A DNA stretch of 47,047 nt from an uncultured Candidatus Saccharibacteria bacterium (GCA_964534305.1 CAZHPR010000004.1:1980-49026); one strand, 5' to 3'; shown: positions 33,430 through 43,450, numbered from the stretch's first letter. Notes: generated by a model from the letters alone, not told the origin. Numbers and translations are program-made.

Positions 33430-35556
33430 TTACTGGCTTGGCTCAGTTTTTTCCTTCTTGTCTTCTTCTTCTTTCTCTAACAAACCTTGATCCCTTAAGA
33501 ATTTTTCCATTTCTTTTTTACTTTTCTTGTCTTTACCCTCAGCTGCTTCAATGATTTTTCGTGCTGCCTCTTGATTCCCCTGCATTCTACCTATAAAACC
33601 AATGCCCAAAGGTCCTCTCTTTATTCTTGCGGCAAATTCTTTCATTCTGTTTTTACCAGCATCTTTATTTGATTCCCACTCCTTCTTTTTCTTTATAGTC
33701 TCTTCGTCGTATTCAGCGTCATCAAACTTATTATCTTTATTCTTTTTCCTTAGATCAGAATTTATATTATTTATTTGAGACAGTCTGTTTCTGGATTCTT
33801 TTATTTTATCACTGTACTCCTTTTGTTTTTGTAAAGAACCACTCGAAGCTTTTGCGTTATTTTCGTTCTCTTCTATTTCTTTCTTTATTTTCTCTATTTC
33901 TTCCTCATTTTTCTTTATTTCTAATTCCCTTTGTTCTTTTATTTTTACCTCATCATTTAATTTTAATTTGTTGTACTCAGCTTCAGCAGTCTTTGACATC
34001 TCACCCTCTAGTGTTGTTTGTCCATAATATTTCTTTGCATAATCAACCTCAGCTTTAGCTTTTTCTTCAATTGCCTTACTGAAGCCGCCCTTTCCTCCTG
34101 CTTTGCCTAGTATATCCATACCCTTGTCTAATCCAAGAGCTTTTCCTGCACCTGTTCCGCCGATAGACCTCATATCAAAACTACTTCCAGCGGCTTGGCC
34201 AGCTGTCCAAAGTTTCATTCTTGCACCAATATTTCCTGCAGCAGCCTTGTCTCTCAAGTCCTTATCGTTTGCAATACTCAGAGCTTTTCTTCCTATAGTA
34301 TTTCTACCTGCCCAAGCTACTGTACCAACAGCGGCACCACCTAGCGCTGTTGAGACGGCGGTAAAACCAGCGACAGAGGAAGCCATTTTTTTGGCGGTGG
34401 TGAGGGCAAAGATTGAGAAACCGATGATGATAAAATAGTTTATGACCAGGCCCATGGCACTTTTTGGCTCTGTTATGATTTGAGTAAAAGGATATGGGCT
34501 AGACCGTACTCCATTCAAAAAGTTTTCACTCCCACCTATCTTGAACACAACCCATGTAAGCGCAAAGAAAACCGGGGCAAAGAAAGATTGATTTATAAGC
34601 GCGTTCAACCATTCTCTAAACCTCCCATTCATACCAGGGATAATAAACATAACAAAGGCGACAGGAGAGAGGATCATTATAAAGATAAGGATCACAAACC
34701 TGGAGACAAACATTATGCTGGCTATAAATAGTATAATTGCAAAAATAAGTGAGAATATAGCAGTCATTATACCGATTAAGAGTATATTTGAAGCACCATT
34801 CACATTTGCTGCGGGGCTCCAGAAACTATGAATACCAAGCATTCTCATATAACCAGCAGAGATTCCACTAAATAGGAAAGGAGTACCCGCTTCTTTTTTT
34901 TCAATACCACCATCCTCAGTGAGGTTTATTGTGTATTGCCCTGAATTGATTATTGCTCTATAAAACCCAAGGGAGACGACGTTGGAAGCATCTATCACAA
35001 CTTTTGAGAAGAAAAGACTGAAGTTAATGACTAAGGCAATTATTATTATCCAAACAATATTGCGCCCAACATTACCAACACTACTCGTAAACATAGCATT
35101 GAATGCTGTGTAAAGTAGTACAAATATAAATACCATGTTTGCGATGTCTCGGAGGGTCGTCCATGCCGATGTGATACTTACCCCTATACCAGAGTCTGGG
35201 CCAAGGTTTTTACTCATGTCCCTTACTGTAAACTCTATGACTCCATCAAAAAACAAGCCAGATATAAGAACAAAAAAACCAGAAATTCTTTGCAGTATCA
35301 TTCCTTGCCACTGTGCCCACCATTCAAATAAGAAGAAGTTATCAGCAATATTAAAAAGTCCTTTCGCAACTTCTTTTGCTGTAGTGGCTCTTCCTCCAGT
35401 TCCAACAGCTCCATTACCACAAATTTCTTGACCAGTTTCTGGCGCTAATGTACCTTGACTACCATCCGGACACACTGCCCCAACTCCAACAGGAACAACA
35501 GAAGTTGCCAGAATTACAAACAATATTCCTGCTGTTATTATTTTTTTTATCAACAT
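33430..35556 (-). CDS. VirB6/TrbL-like polytopic membrane protein with a long Lys/Glu-rich coiled-coil C-terminus
   Basis: Signal/anchor, at least 6 hydrophobic helices over about 400 aa, then KE-rich low-complexity sequence. The size, topology and position next to the PrgI-like and VirB4 genes fit VirB6/TcpH-type channel proteins. Confidence 0.55.
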   Translation of the reverse strand: MLIKKIITAGILFVILATSVVPVGVGAVCPDGSQGTLAPETGQEICGNGAVGTGGRATTAKEVAKGLFNIADNFFLFEWWAQWQGMILQRISGFFVLISGLFFDGVIEFTVRDMSKNLGPDSGIGVSITSAWTTLRDIANMVFIFVLLYTAFNAMFTSSVGNVGRNIVWIIIIALVINFSLFFSKVVIDASNVVSLGFYRAIINSGQYTINLTEDGGIEKKEAGTPFLFSGISAGYMRMLGIHSFWSPAANVNGASNILLIGIMTAIFSLIFAIILFIASIMFVSRFVILIFIMILSPVAFVMFIIPGMNGRFREWLNALINQSFFAPVFFALTWVVFKIGGSENFLNGVRSSPYPFTQIITEPKSAMGLVINYFIIIGFSIFALTTAKKMASSVAGFTAVSTALGGAAVGTVAWAGRNTIGRKALSIANDKDLRDKAAAGNIGARMKLWTAGQAAGSSFDMRSIGGTGAGKALGLDKGMDILGKAGGKGGFSKAIEEKAKAEVDYAKKYYGQTTLEGEMSKTAEAEYNKLKLNDEVKIKEQRELEIKKNEEEIEKIKKEIEENENNAKASSGSLQKQKEYSDKIKESRNRLSQINNINSDLRKKNKDNKFDDAEYDEETIKKKKEWESNKDAGKNRMKEFAARIKRGPLGIGFIGRMQGNQEAARKIIEAAEGKDKKSKKEMEKFLRDQGLLEKEEEDKKEKTEPSQ

Positions 35557-35606
35557 TTTTTAAGAACCAACCCTCTCCCCTTCTACCTGCTTCTCACCCT
35601 CAGGTC

Positions 35607-37166
35607 TTATCTGTTTATTGCAAGTGGAAGATTTGGAGAGATTATTACGGTGCATGTATCTGTGTTTGTGCCATCAGAAACTGTGATCTGGTAAGTGCCG
35701 TTTTGGGAATAAGAAGTACTAAACTGGGTGCCCGCTCCGGAGACCTTGGTGCTCCCTGTCGCTGTCCAGCTGTAGCTGCCACTACCACCGGAAGCAGTTA
35801 GGTTTGGAATTACAGAATAAGTGTTGAACCATCTTGTACTCTTTGGAGAACAAGATACTGTTGTAGGCGCAGTACAAGCCTTTACATCAAAGCTGGCTGA
35901 CTTGAGCGTGCCACCTACATTTGCCTGTTTTTTCCAAGTACCGATGTGTCCGCTGTTCCAGGTCCATCCGTAGTCGCTCCAACCAGAACCTGTGCCTTGT
36001 GCTGTCATCTTGAATCCATAATCAGCGTCAACTTCTTGGGTGATAACGTTGTTTTTGTAAGAAGTCCAAAGTACTTTGTATCCGACAAGTCCTAGGCCCC
36101 CAGTTATTGAATATTTTGGAGTTTCGCCTACGCAGTAGCTAGCTTTGTCTGAGGTTAGGTTGCCTAGAGCGTAATAGTTTGGATCTGTTGTGTTGGTAGG
36201 TGGTGTTTGGGTGTTGGGTGTAGTGTTTGTTGGTACGTAAGTAAATCCAGAAGTGAGTTTGTTGTAATCTGCAATAATTTTATCCATTATGGATTTTATA
36301 TTTGCAAGGAATGTTTGTAGATCGGTGCTTACTGTTGTTTTTGTACCTGCTCCTCCGGTTGTGGCCCCTCCACCAGTTGTTGTCCCAGCACTTCTATTGT
36401 TTGCGCTGATGTCTGTTGAAGTTCTTCTTATTGTTGTAGTTGGGGTCCGTGGGCTCCAAGAAGAAGGGTTTGAACTGCCGAAATAGTTGCTTGCACCTAT
36501 TGCGCAGTTTGCAGATCCGGCTGTAACTCCAGATGTTCCTGCGGCGGTATTTGCAAGGTCGCAAGGTAGTATGTTCCAACCAGCACTTCTTTGGTAATTG
36601 CTTCCAAAGATATAATCATTTGCATCATAGCCTGTCTTGCCTGGGTATCTTTGTACCGGGGCTCCTGTGCCTGTATAACCTACAAGGTCTAAGTCATAAA
36701 AACCAGAAACTCCGTTTATCGTACAAGCTCCATAATACGCATTAACTGTCTCTCCAGTAGGTGTTGAGTTTAGGGATAACTGTTCTGATCTTGTTTCTAC
36801 ATTACAGTCTATATTGTACCCAAGCGCCTTACCTTGAGCTTCTGCCAAGTCAGCACAAGCCTTTGCTGCGGCTGCATCGTATCTTATGTTGCCAGTACAT
36901 TGTTGCCCGAAGGAACTATTGTTGGTGGAAGGAGGGGTGACAGTGCCTGTCCCCCCAGAGCTCGTACCTCCTGGGTTTGTGTTGAGTCCTCCTCCCCAAG
37001 ACTGATCACAGAGCGCGGCGTCATTAGTACAAGATCCGTTGTTGCACCTGTATGGAGCAATACTTGGACAAGTGCTATCTGTCTGTGCGCTTGCGCCAGT
37101 ATCAAAACTTAGAAACGATACCGCTATTAAAATGACGAGCAATAAAATTGTGGTTATTTTTTTCAT
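35607..37166 (-). CDS. Secreted Gly/Thr/Ser-rich surface protein with a C-terminal PKD/Ig-like domain (candidate adhesin)
   Basis: Signal peptide (..DTGASAQ), paired Cys, and T/G/S tracts. The C-terminal SGGSGSYSWTATGSTKVSGAGTQFSTSYSQNGTYQITVSDGTNTDTCTVII is PKD-like. Confidence 0.55.
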   Translation of the reverse strand: MKKITTILLLVILIAVSFLSFDTGASAQTDSTCPSIAPYRCNNGSCTNDAALCDQSWGGGLNTNPGGTSSGGTGTVTPPSTNNSSFGQQCTGNIRYDAAAAKACADLAEAQGKALGYNIDCNVETRSEQLSLNSTPTGETVNAYYGACTINGVSGFYDLDLVGYTGTGAPVQRYPGKTGYDANDYIFGSNYQRSAGWNILPCDLANTAAGTSGVTAGSANCAIGASNYFGSSNPSSWSPRTPTTTIRRTSTDISANNRSAGTTTGGGATTGGAGTKTTVSTDLQTFLANIKSIMDKIIADYNKLTSGFTYVPTNTTPNTQTPPTNTTDPNYYALGNLTSDKASYCVGETPKYSITGGLGLVGYKVLWTSYKNNVITQEVDADYGFKMTAQGTGSGWSDYGWTWNSGHIGTWKKQANVGGTLKSASFDVKACTAPTTVSCSPKSTRWFNTYSVIPNLTASGGSGSYSWTATGSTKVSGAGTQFSTSYSQNGTYQITVSDGTNTDTCTVIISPNLPLAINR

Positions 37167-37181
37167 AATATTTTTGTTAAT

Positions 37182-38537
37182 TTATCTTGGCTGACAATCC
37201 AAATTTCTATAAGCGTCTGCGAAGGGAATACCCTGACTCGAAGACACTTCGTTTGCCATTTGATTTAATTCTGAATCCGAATAGTTGGTACAATCCGGGT
37301 CCAAGGGCCTGTTTGCTGTGCCACCCCCAATAAACTGACTAACATCCGACGGGGTAACTAGAGTACTATTTGTTGGTACTCCAGAGGTAGGATCTGGGGC
37401 TGGGGTATTTTGTGTTTGGACGGCTGTATCTATATTTTCATCAAAATATCCGCAGAACTTGACTGCTGGATCGCAAGAAGAAGAATTATCTGCTTGTTGC
37501 GCTGCGGTGTTGCTTTTTTGGTTTAATATATCTGTAAATACTCTGCCTCCTGTGCCGCTGGGCTGACTTGCTCCAAAGAGACCATTACCAACTCCTCCTA
37601 TAACCCTGTTTAGCATCTGGTTGAGCAGGGCGCTTACTATCTCATTTATTTCATCAGCAACAGCGAGTTTTTCGTTACCGATACCGAGTACATTGTTTAG
37701 TTGGTCTTCAATCACGCTTCCTGGGGTTACTATCTTTTCCTCTATACATTTTGGAGGAACATCAGGTAGAGCTTGGTTTATTGGATCCCCATAGATTTCA
37801 TTGCCCTCAGCGTCTATACCTATTAGCTGCCTTTCGCCTGTTATCGTCTCACCTTGTACTGCTTCAGAATATCTTGCACAAGTCTTTTTGGACAAGAATC
37901 CAGTACCCCAACCGAGTTGCATTCTAGCACTCTCTGATCTTGAGTTGAGTTGGGCGCTCAGCTCACTCTGAGCTTGAATATAAGCACCTATTGGGTTGTT
38001 TTGTTGTCTCTGGGTTACCTCAAAGAAGTTGTCCCAACCTCCTTGACTAAAGTCGTTCATGAAGTTTTCGAGATTGTTCCCGACCTGGCTTAGAGTACAA
38101 GACCACTGCCTTTCTCCTATATAGTTTTGTGTCAGCGCAAGCCTGACCCTTGCTGATATTGGTCCGCAGAGACTACCAAGTCTAGGGTCTTTCATTATAA
38201 AGTCGCCAGCTATCTTATCCCCAAGGTCTAGGAAGTACTTTTCTGGATCCTGGACGTAAGCTGGAGAACCTTTGAAACCACTGTTTATCCAATTGACAGT
38301 AGATGCAGTTACCCTCTCGATGATCATATTTACTGTCTGTACCGCTACTGCGTCTAGAGCATACTCTTTCATAAAGGTACTCCAATCAGCTGTTGAAGAA
38401 ATAGCATTTGGGACAAAGTTTCCTGGGTCCCAAGTTACCCATTGCGCTTCTGCCTTTCTGCTAAAAAATGGCAAGAAAGAAGAAGTAAACATAACCGCTA
38501 TGATTGCAAAGGAGAATAGTTTTTTATGTTTTTCCAT
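37182..38537 (-). CDS. Secreted protein (possible VirB5/TrbJ-like minor pilus component)
   Basis: Signal peptide (..SRKAEAQ), then WVTWDPGNFVPNAISS and helical Q/N-rich segments. The functional analogy is weak. Confidence 0.35.
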   Translation of the reverse strand: MEKHKKLFSFAIIAVMFTSSFLPFFSRKAEAQWVTWDPGNFVPNAISSTADWSTFMKEYALDAVAVQTVNMIIERVTASTVNWINSGFKGSPAYVQDPEKYFLDLGDKIAGDFIMKDPRLGSLCGPISARVRLALTQNYIGERQWSCTLSQVGNNLENFMNDFSQGGWDNFFEVTQRQQNNPIGAYIQAQSELSAQLNSRSESARMQLGWGTGFLSKKTCARYSEAVQGETITGERQLIGIDAEGNEIYGDPINQALPDVPPKCIEEKIVTPGSVIEDQLNNVLGIGNEKLAVADEINEIVSALLNQMLNRVIGGVGNGLFGASQPSGTGGRVFTDILNQKSNTAAQQADNSSSCDPAVKFCGYFDENIDTAVQTQNTPAPDPTSGVPTNSTLVTPSDVSQFIGGGTANRPLDPDCTNYSDSELNQMANEVSSSQGIPFADAYRNLDCQPR

Positions 38538-38546
38538 TTTATAAAA

Positions 38547-39419
38547 TTATATCCCGTAAAATAGATAGTATCCACCACTACCCTGTTTATATGTAATACC
38601 TTTTGACATCAAATATTCTGCAGTTGACCTCATTGCTGTTATAAAGGTTATTGCCCCTTCCTGGTATCGCTTCATACCTTCAAGACCGAGTACCGGATCT
38701 TTCTCAATACTAGCCATATCTAAAAGAGCAAAACTAACCCTTCTTAGGCTATTTGCCATATCTAGATGTGCATCAGCAAATCTGAGGGGAACCCCCATCA
38801 TCATCAGATTGTAGGACATTTTTTCGTATGTTTTTGCTACTCCTTCCAACTTTGAAAGCTCCTTTATATTGCCGCCGACCATCGCCTCTTGGAGTACCGA
38901 AAGCTCATTGGTAAAGCCATTTTTTTTGTTTGCTTTTATAAAACTCCCCAAAACTTCACCATATTCTTGCATTTGTTTTGTATCACTGTCAGGCAACAGA
39001 GAAAGCTGGCTTCTTCTAAATGTTTTAAAATCTTCTTTTTCTACAAGCTCTTGGGTCTGATCCACTAAGTTTTGAGCAGAAGCTACGCTTACTTGGTTGT
39101 TTTGTTTTAAAACAAGGTAGTTTGATATAAGAGTTTCTGATACCTTATCGGTATAGCTGGTTTGGGTATCTTCTTCTGCCACTTTGTTTTCAACTATGTT
39201 TACCTGAGCATTGTCGCTTACGGTGTCAAGCTCGTCTTGCCAAGAATTCCTCTCTGGTATTGTTACCTTTGAACCGCTGACGATGTTGCCCAAAGAACCT
39301 ATTGTTTGTTTACTCTTTCTTTCTCCTGCTACGATTACAATCGAAATAACTAGGGCAACTGTAACCACTAGCATGCTTATGATTTTTCTACTAGGCAATT
39401 TGCTCTGTTTTGGATCCAT
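38547..39419 (-). CDS. Bitopic membrane protein, first gene of the T4SS-like operon (possible VirB8-like role)
   Basis: Start taken at ATG 39419 (MDPKQSK...); the ORF track's TTG at 39446 is also possible. It has a single TM (IISMLVVTVALVISIVIVA) followed by a roughly 250-aa extracytoplasmic domain. Confidence 0.45.
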   Translation of the reverse strand: MDPKQSKLPSRKIISMLVVTVALVISIVIVAGERKSKQTIGSLGNIVSGSKVTIPERNSWQDELDTVSDNAQVNIVENKVAEEDTQTSYTDKVSETLISNYLVLKQNNQVSVASAQNLVDQTQELVEKEDFKTFRRSQLSLLPDSDTKQMQEYGEVLGSFIKANKKNGFTNELSVLQEAMVGGNIKELSKLEGVAKTYEKMSYNLMMMGVPLRFADAHLDMANSLRRVSFALLDMASIEKDPVLGLEGMKRYQEGAITFITAMRSTAEYLMSKGITYKQGSGGYYLFYGI

Positions 39420-39479
39420 ACACCGTAAATAATAGCAAGAAAACAAATTTTATTTATTTATTTTGGGGGAAAAATAACC

Positions 39480-40238
39480 TTAAATATTTTTTGCCAGCTC
39501 AAACCATTGATCCAAGCCAATATCTTCAGCTCTTATCTTTTCTGAAATACCCAACCTTTCAAAAACTTTTTTGTCTGCAGCCAGGTTTTTTATCAGAAAC
39601 TTTCTTTTGTGAGAAAACCCAAGCTTTAGTATTTCAAAGAAATGCTCTTCTGAAACCTGGTTTTCCAAAAATTTATCTTTGTTTATATTTTTTATTGTAA
39701 GGATTGCCGAATCTACCTTGGGTCTAGGGAAGAAACTCCCCTTTTTTATCACTCCTCCGTATTTTGGCTCGCCATAAGCCTTTATTGAGATACTCAGGAT
39801 ACTTTCCTTTTTATTTTTTGCGATTATCCGCTCGGCAACCTCTTTTTGGATTACAAAAGTAATAGATTTTGGTTGGTTGCTGCTCTCCAGAAACTTTCTA
39901 AAAATCTCCCCAGTTATGTAGTAAGGGATGTTGCCTACCAATTTAAAATTTAAAATTTCAAATTTAAAATTTAGGATATCTCCGACTATTATCTCTAGTT
40001 TGTTGTCTGTAATCTCTTTGCTAAAAATTTCTTCTAAATTTTTAGCAAGCAACTCGTCTTTTTCTACTGCGATTACCTTTTTTGCAATCTTTAGGAGTTC
40101 GAGAGTGAGGCTCCCCTTCCCGGGGCCTATCTCAATTACCGTATCATTCTCGTTTATTTCTGCGCTGTCAGCAATCTTTTTTAGTATCTTGGGGTCGCTA
40201 AGAAAATTCTGCCCCAATGATTTTTTGGCTTTCATCAT
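39480..40238 (-). CDS. rsmA: 16S rRNA (adenine1518/1519-N6)-dimethyltransferase
   Basis: LGQNFL and the SAM-binding motif VIEIGPGKGSLT. Length is 252 aa. Confidence 0.9.
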   Translation of the reverse strand: MMKAKKSLGQNFLSDPKILKKIADSAEINENDTVIEIGPGKGSLTLELLKIAKKVIAVEKDELLAKNLEEIFSKEITDNKLEIIVGDILNFKFEILNFKLVGNIPYYITGEIFRKFLESSNQPKSITFVIQKEVAERIIAKNKKESILSISIKAYGEPKYGGVIKKGSFFPRPKVDSAILTIKNINKDKFLENQVSEEHFFEILKLGFSHKRKFLIKNLAADKKVFERLGISEKIRAEDIGLDQWFELAKNI

Positions 40239-40239
40239 T

Positions 40240-42198
40240 TTAAAATTCTATATGAAGCAGGGGTTTATGGCGAGGGGCATACTCTAGAAACTCCTTGTTC
40301 AGATATTCTTCCGGAATTTCAAGCACAAACTCAGAAGGAATATTGACTCCTTTTGATCCAAAAATAGTTCTTGTTTGGGCGTAAGACAAGAAAAGCTTTT
40401 TTCTTGCTCTGGTTATCGCCACATAAAACAGTCGCCTCTCCTCCTCCGCTTCTTCAGCACTTACATTTTCATCATTATCTCTGTCGTATGGGAAAAGCCC
40501 TTCTTCTAGTCCAACAATAAAAATATATGGAAATTCAAGGCCTTTTGAGGCATGGACAGTCATGAGTCTCGCCGAATCCAGCTCCTCTTTGTCGCTATCT
40601 TGATCGCTCGCAAGAGAGGAATCTTCTAAAAATTTCTCCACCGCCTCTCCTCTATCCATATTGTCATACCTGGAAGCAAGCACGGAGAGCTCTTTTATAT
40701 TTTCCTTTCTCTCAATCCCCTCTTCTGTTTTATCTAAGTCTGTATTTAGACCAGTTTCTTCGGCGATAAACACTATCGTAGAAGAAAGTTTGTTTTCTAG
40801 GGCGTATTCTTTTATTTTTTCTGTTAAGTTTCTAAAACTTTGTATTTTAATTTTCATCGCATGGGGTAGCTCTGTCTCCTTGCCCTCAACTATTTTGAGG
40901 ATTGTTGTTTTGCCGATGCCTCTAGGGGGAGTATTTATAATTCTTTTTAGATCACTTATGCTTTCTCTGTTGAAGGCATATCGGAGAAAAGAAATAACAT
41001 CTTTGATTTCTTTTCTTTCAAAAAATTTTGTACCAAGAACTTGATAGTCTATATCGTTTTTTATACAAGCTTCCTCAAGTGCTCTCGATTGGAAATTAGC
41101 CCGATAAAGTACCGCAATATCTGAAAGTTTGGCACCATTTTTTACAAGACTTTTTATTTTTTGAGCAACAAATTCCGCCTCATGACTCTCGTCTAGGGCT
41201 TCAAATAGAGTTACTTTGTCGCCTACGGCGTTTCTGGTGACTAGTTTCTTTTCTCTTCGGAGCTTGTTTTTTTCTATGGCTCTGTTTGCTATGGCGAGTA
41301 TGGTTTGCGTTGATCGATAGTTTTCTTCAAGCACCACTATCTTTGCGTTTGGATAATCCTTTTCAAAACCAAGCATATTTCTTATGTTTGCCCCTCTCCA
41401 GCTATAGATATTTTGGTCAATATCGCCAACAACACAAATGTTTTTGTGCCTTGATGCGATCGCTTCGGCTATTTTGTACTGGACCTTGTTTGTATCCTGA
41501 TATTCGTCTATATGAATATATTTAAATCTTTCTGAATACTTTTCTCTCATATCCTCTCTTTCCAAAAGTTTTGCTGAGACAAGTAGCAAATCATCAAAGT
41601 CTAGAGCATTTTCTTTTTTCAAGATTTGTTCATAATTTTTCCAGACAGAACTTATAACTTTTTCAAAATATTCACCAGAACTATTTGCTTCATAATTTTC
41701 TGCGGTTACGAAATTACCCTTCTCTCTAGAGATGATTCCTAATATTTTGTTCGGCTCAAATTCCTTTGGGTTGTAGCCGGCCTTTTCCAAAGAATCCTTG
41801 ATCGCCTTCTTTGAGTCGGATCTGTCATAGATAGTAAAGTTTCTTGTTAGACCAACCTCTTTTGCATTTTCTTTTATTATTTGAACCCCCAGACTATGAA
41901 ATGTTGCGACGAAAGGTTTGCCGGTTATTGAAATTGGTCTGTTTATTTCTTTGTTTTGATGGAGCATATTCTCAATCCTCTCTCGCATTTCCTTCGCCGC
42001 CTTGTTTGTAAAGGTGACCGCAAGTATATTTTCTGGGCTAACACCTTTGTATATCAGGTTGAGTATCCTATAAACCACGGTTTTTGTTTTGCCGGCACCA
42101 GCTCCAGCGAGTACGAGCAGTGGCCCTTCGGTGTGTTCAACCGCTTTTCTCTGGGCGTCGTTTAACTCTTCAAGAAAGCTTAAATTATTTTGACTCAT
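40240..42198 (-). CDS. pcrA: UvrD/PcrA-family ATP-dependent DNA helicase
   Basis: Motif I AGAGAGKT, motif II HIDEYQDT, and motifs V/VI (MTVHASKGLEFP, LFYVAITRARKKL). Start taken at ATG 42198. Confidence 0.9.
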   Translation of the reverse strand: MSQNNLSFLEELNDAQRKAVEHTEGPLLVLAGAGAGKTKTVVYRILNLIYKGVSPENILAVTFTNKAAKEMRERIENMLHQNKEINRPISITGKPFVATFHSLGVQIIKENAKEVGLTRNFTIYDRSDSKKAIKDSLEKAGYNPKEFEPNKILGIISREKGNFVTAENYEANSSGEYFEKVISSVWKNYEQILKKENALDFDDLLLVSAKLLEREDMREKYSERFKYIHIDEYQDTNKVQYKIAEAIASRHKNICVVGDIDQNIYSWRGANIRNMLGFEKDYPNAKIVVLEENYRSTQTILAIANRAIEKNKLRREKKLVTRNAVGDKVTLFEALDESHEAEFVAQKIKSLVKNGAKLSDIAVLYRANFQSRALEEACIKNDIDYQVLGTKFFERKEIKDVISFLRYAFNRESISDLKRIINTPPRGIGKTTILKIVEGKETELPHAMKIKIQSFRNLTEKIKEYALENKLSSTIVFIAEETGLNTDLDKTEEGIERKENIKELSVLASRYDNMDRGEAVEKFLEDSSLASDQDSDKEELDSARLMTVHASKGLEFPYIFIVGLEEGLFPYDRDNDENVSAEEAEEERRLFYVAITRARKKLFLSYAQTRTIFGSKGVNIPSEFVLEIPEEYLNKEFLEYAPRHKPLLHIEF

Positions 42199-42460
42199 GA
42201 TAAGTATCTTATCAGAAAAATTGAATGTGGATTTCTGATTGACCAAAGTGCCAAATTTGCTACAATTATGCCCGTTAAGTTAGGTTACAGAAAGACAAAA
42301 AATGGCTAAGTAGAGCCATAAAAATCAGAAAGGCGGAATTACCATTAATCTTAGGCTTATTTTAGAAACTGGACAGCAACCCAACCCCAAAAAACCTTAT
42401 TTTTGGCGACTAATCAGGGTAAATAGTGGTAATGAACGGAAGGGTCCTTTAAAGGGCTAC

Positions 42461-43450
42461 TTGCTCGCTGCCGTAATTTTGCTATTGCCAATTTCTGTTT
42501 CTGCTGGTCTGCTTAGTACTATTGGAAACATCTTTTCCAAGACAGCTGATGCGGATTCTCTAAGTTCTGGAAATAATTTACAGAACATGAGACTTCTTGC
42601 GGCAGCCAATACCCCCCTCTCTCTTAAAGAAAGTGGTTTTGATCAAATCGTAAATGATAGTGCTCTTGTTGCAAACAATGGTCCAGAAGGAACTATACTT
42701 GATACGATTGAGCACCGACCAAACAGTGACCAGATCAGTGTCTACGTTGTAAGAGAAGGTGACACAATATCACAGATAGCGGAAATGTTTGGGGTGGATA
42801 CAAATACTGTAAAGTGGAGCAATGATCTAACCTCAAATGTCCTAAGAGAAGGACAAACTCTAGTTATCCTTCCGGTCTCAGGAATAAAACATAAGGTAGT
42901 AAAAGGAGACACCCTTGATTCTATTGCAAAAAAATATAAGGGCGATAAGGCAGATATAATTTCTTACAACAGTTTGGATCCAGAATCACCGCTTTCTCTC
43001 GGTAGTACTATAATAATTCCTGATGGTGAGATAGTGCCGAGTGTTTCTTCTGGTTCAAAGACCTCAGTTTCCTCCGGATCAAAATCATCTACACTCAAAG
43101 ATGTCCTAGGTTTCTTTATTAGACCTCTTTCTGGAGGTAAGAGAAGCCAGGGTTTGCATGGTTATAATGCCGTCGACATTGCTGCCCCTATTGGTACTCA
43201 TATATATGCCGCAGCTTCTGGAGAAGTTATTGTAAGTAGGGAGGGTGGTTGGAATGGTGGTTATGGAAGCTATATTGTTATAAAGCATAGTAATGGCACT
43301 CAGACCCTTTATGCCCACAACAATAGCAACAGCGTTTCAGCTGGCGATACTGTAAAACAAGGAGATATTATCGGTACGGTTGGAAAGACTGGTAAAGTAA
43401 CAGGCTCACACTTACACTTTGAGGTTAGAGGAGCAAAAAATCCTTTCTAA
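42461..43450 (+). CDS. LysM-domain M23 peptidoglycan metalloendopeptidase
   Basis: Two LysM repeats (YVVREGDTISQIAEMFGV.., HKVVKGDTLDSIAKKYKG..). M23 motifs HGYNAVDIAAPIGT and GSHLHFEV. TTG start and an N-terminal signal/anchor. Confidence 0.85.
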   Translation: MLAAVILLLPISVSAGLLSTIGNIFSKTADADSLSSGNNLQNMRLLAAANTPLSLKESGFDQIVNDSALVANNGPEGTILDTIEHRPNSDQISVYVVREGDTISQIAEMFGVDTNTVKWSNDLTSNVLREGQTLVILPVSGIKHKVVKGDTLDSIAKKYKGDKADIISYNSLDPESPLSLGSTIIIPDGEIVPSVSSGSKTSVSSGSKSSTLKDVLGFFIRPLSGGKRSQGLHGYNAVDIAAPIGTHIYAAASGEVIVSREGGWNGGYGSYIVIKHSNGTQTLYAHNNSNSVSAGDTVKQGDIIGTVGKTGKVTGSHLHFEVRGAKNPF

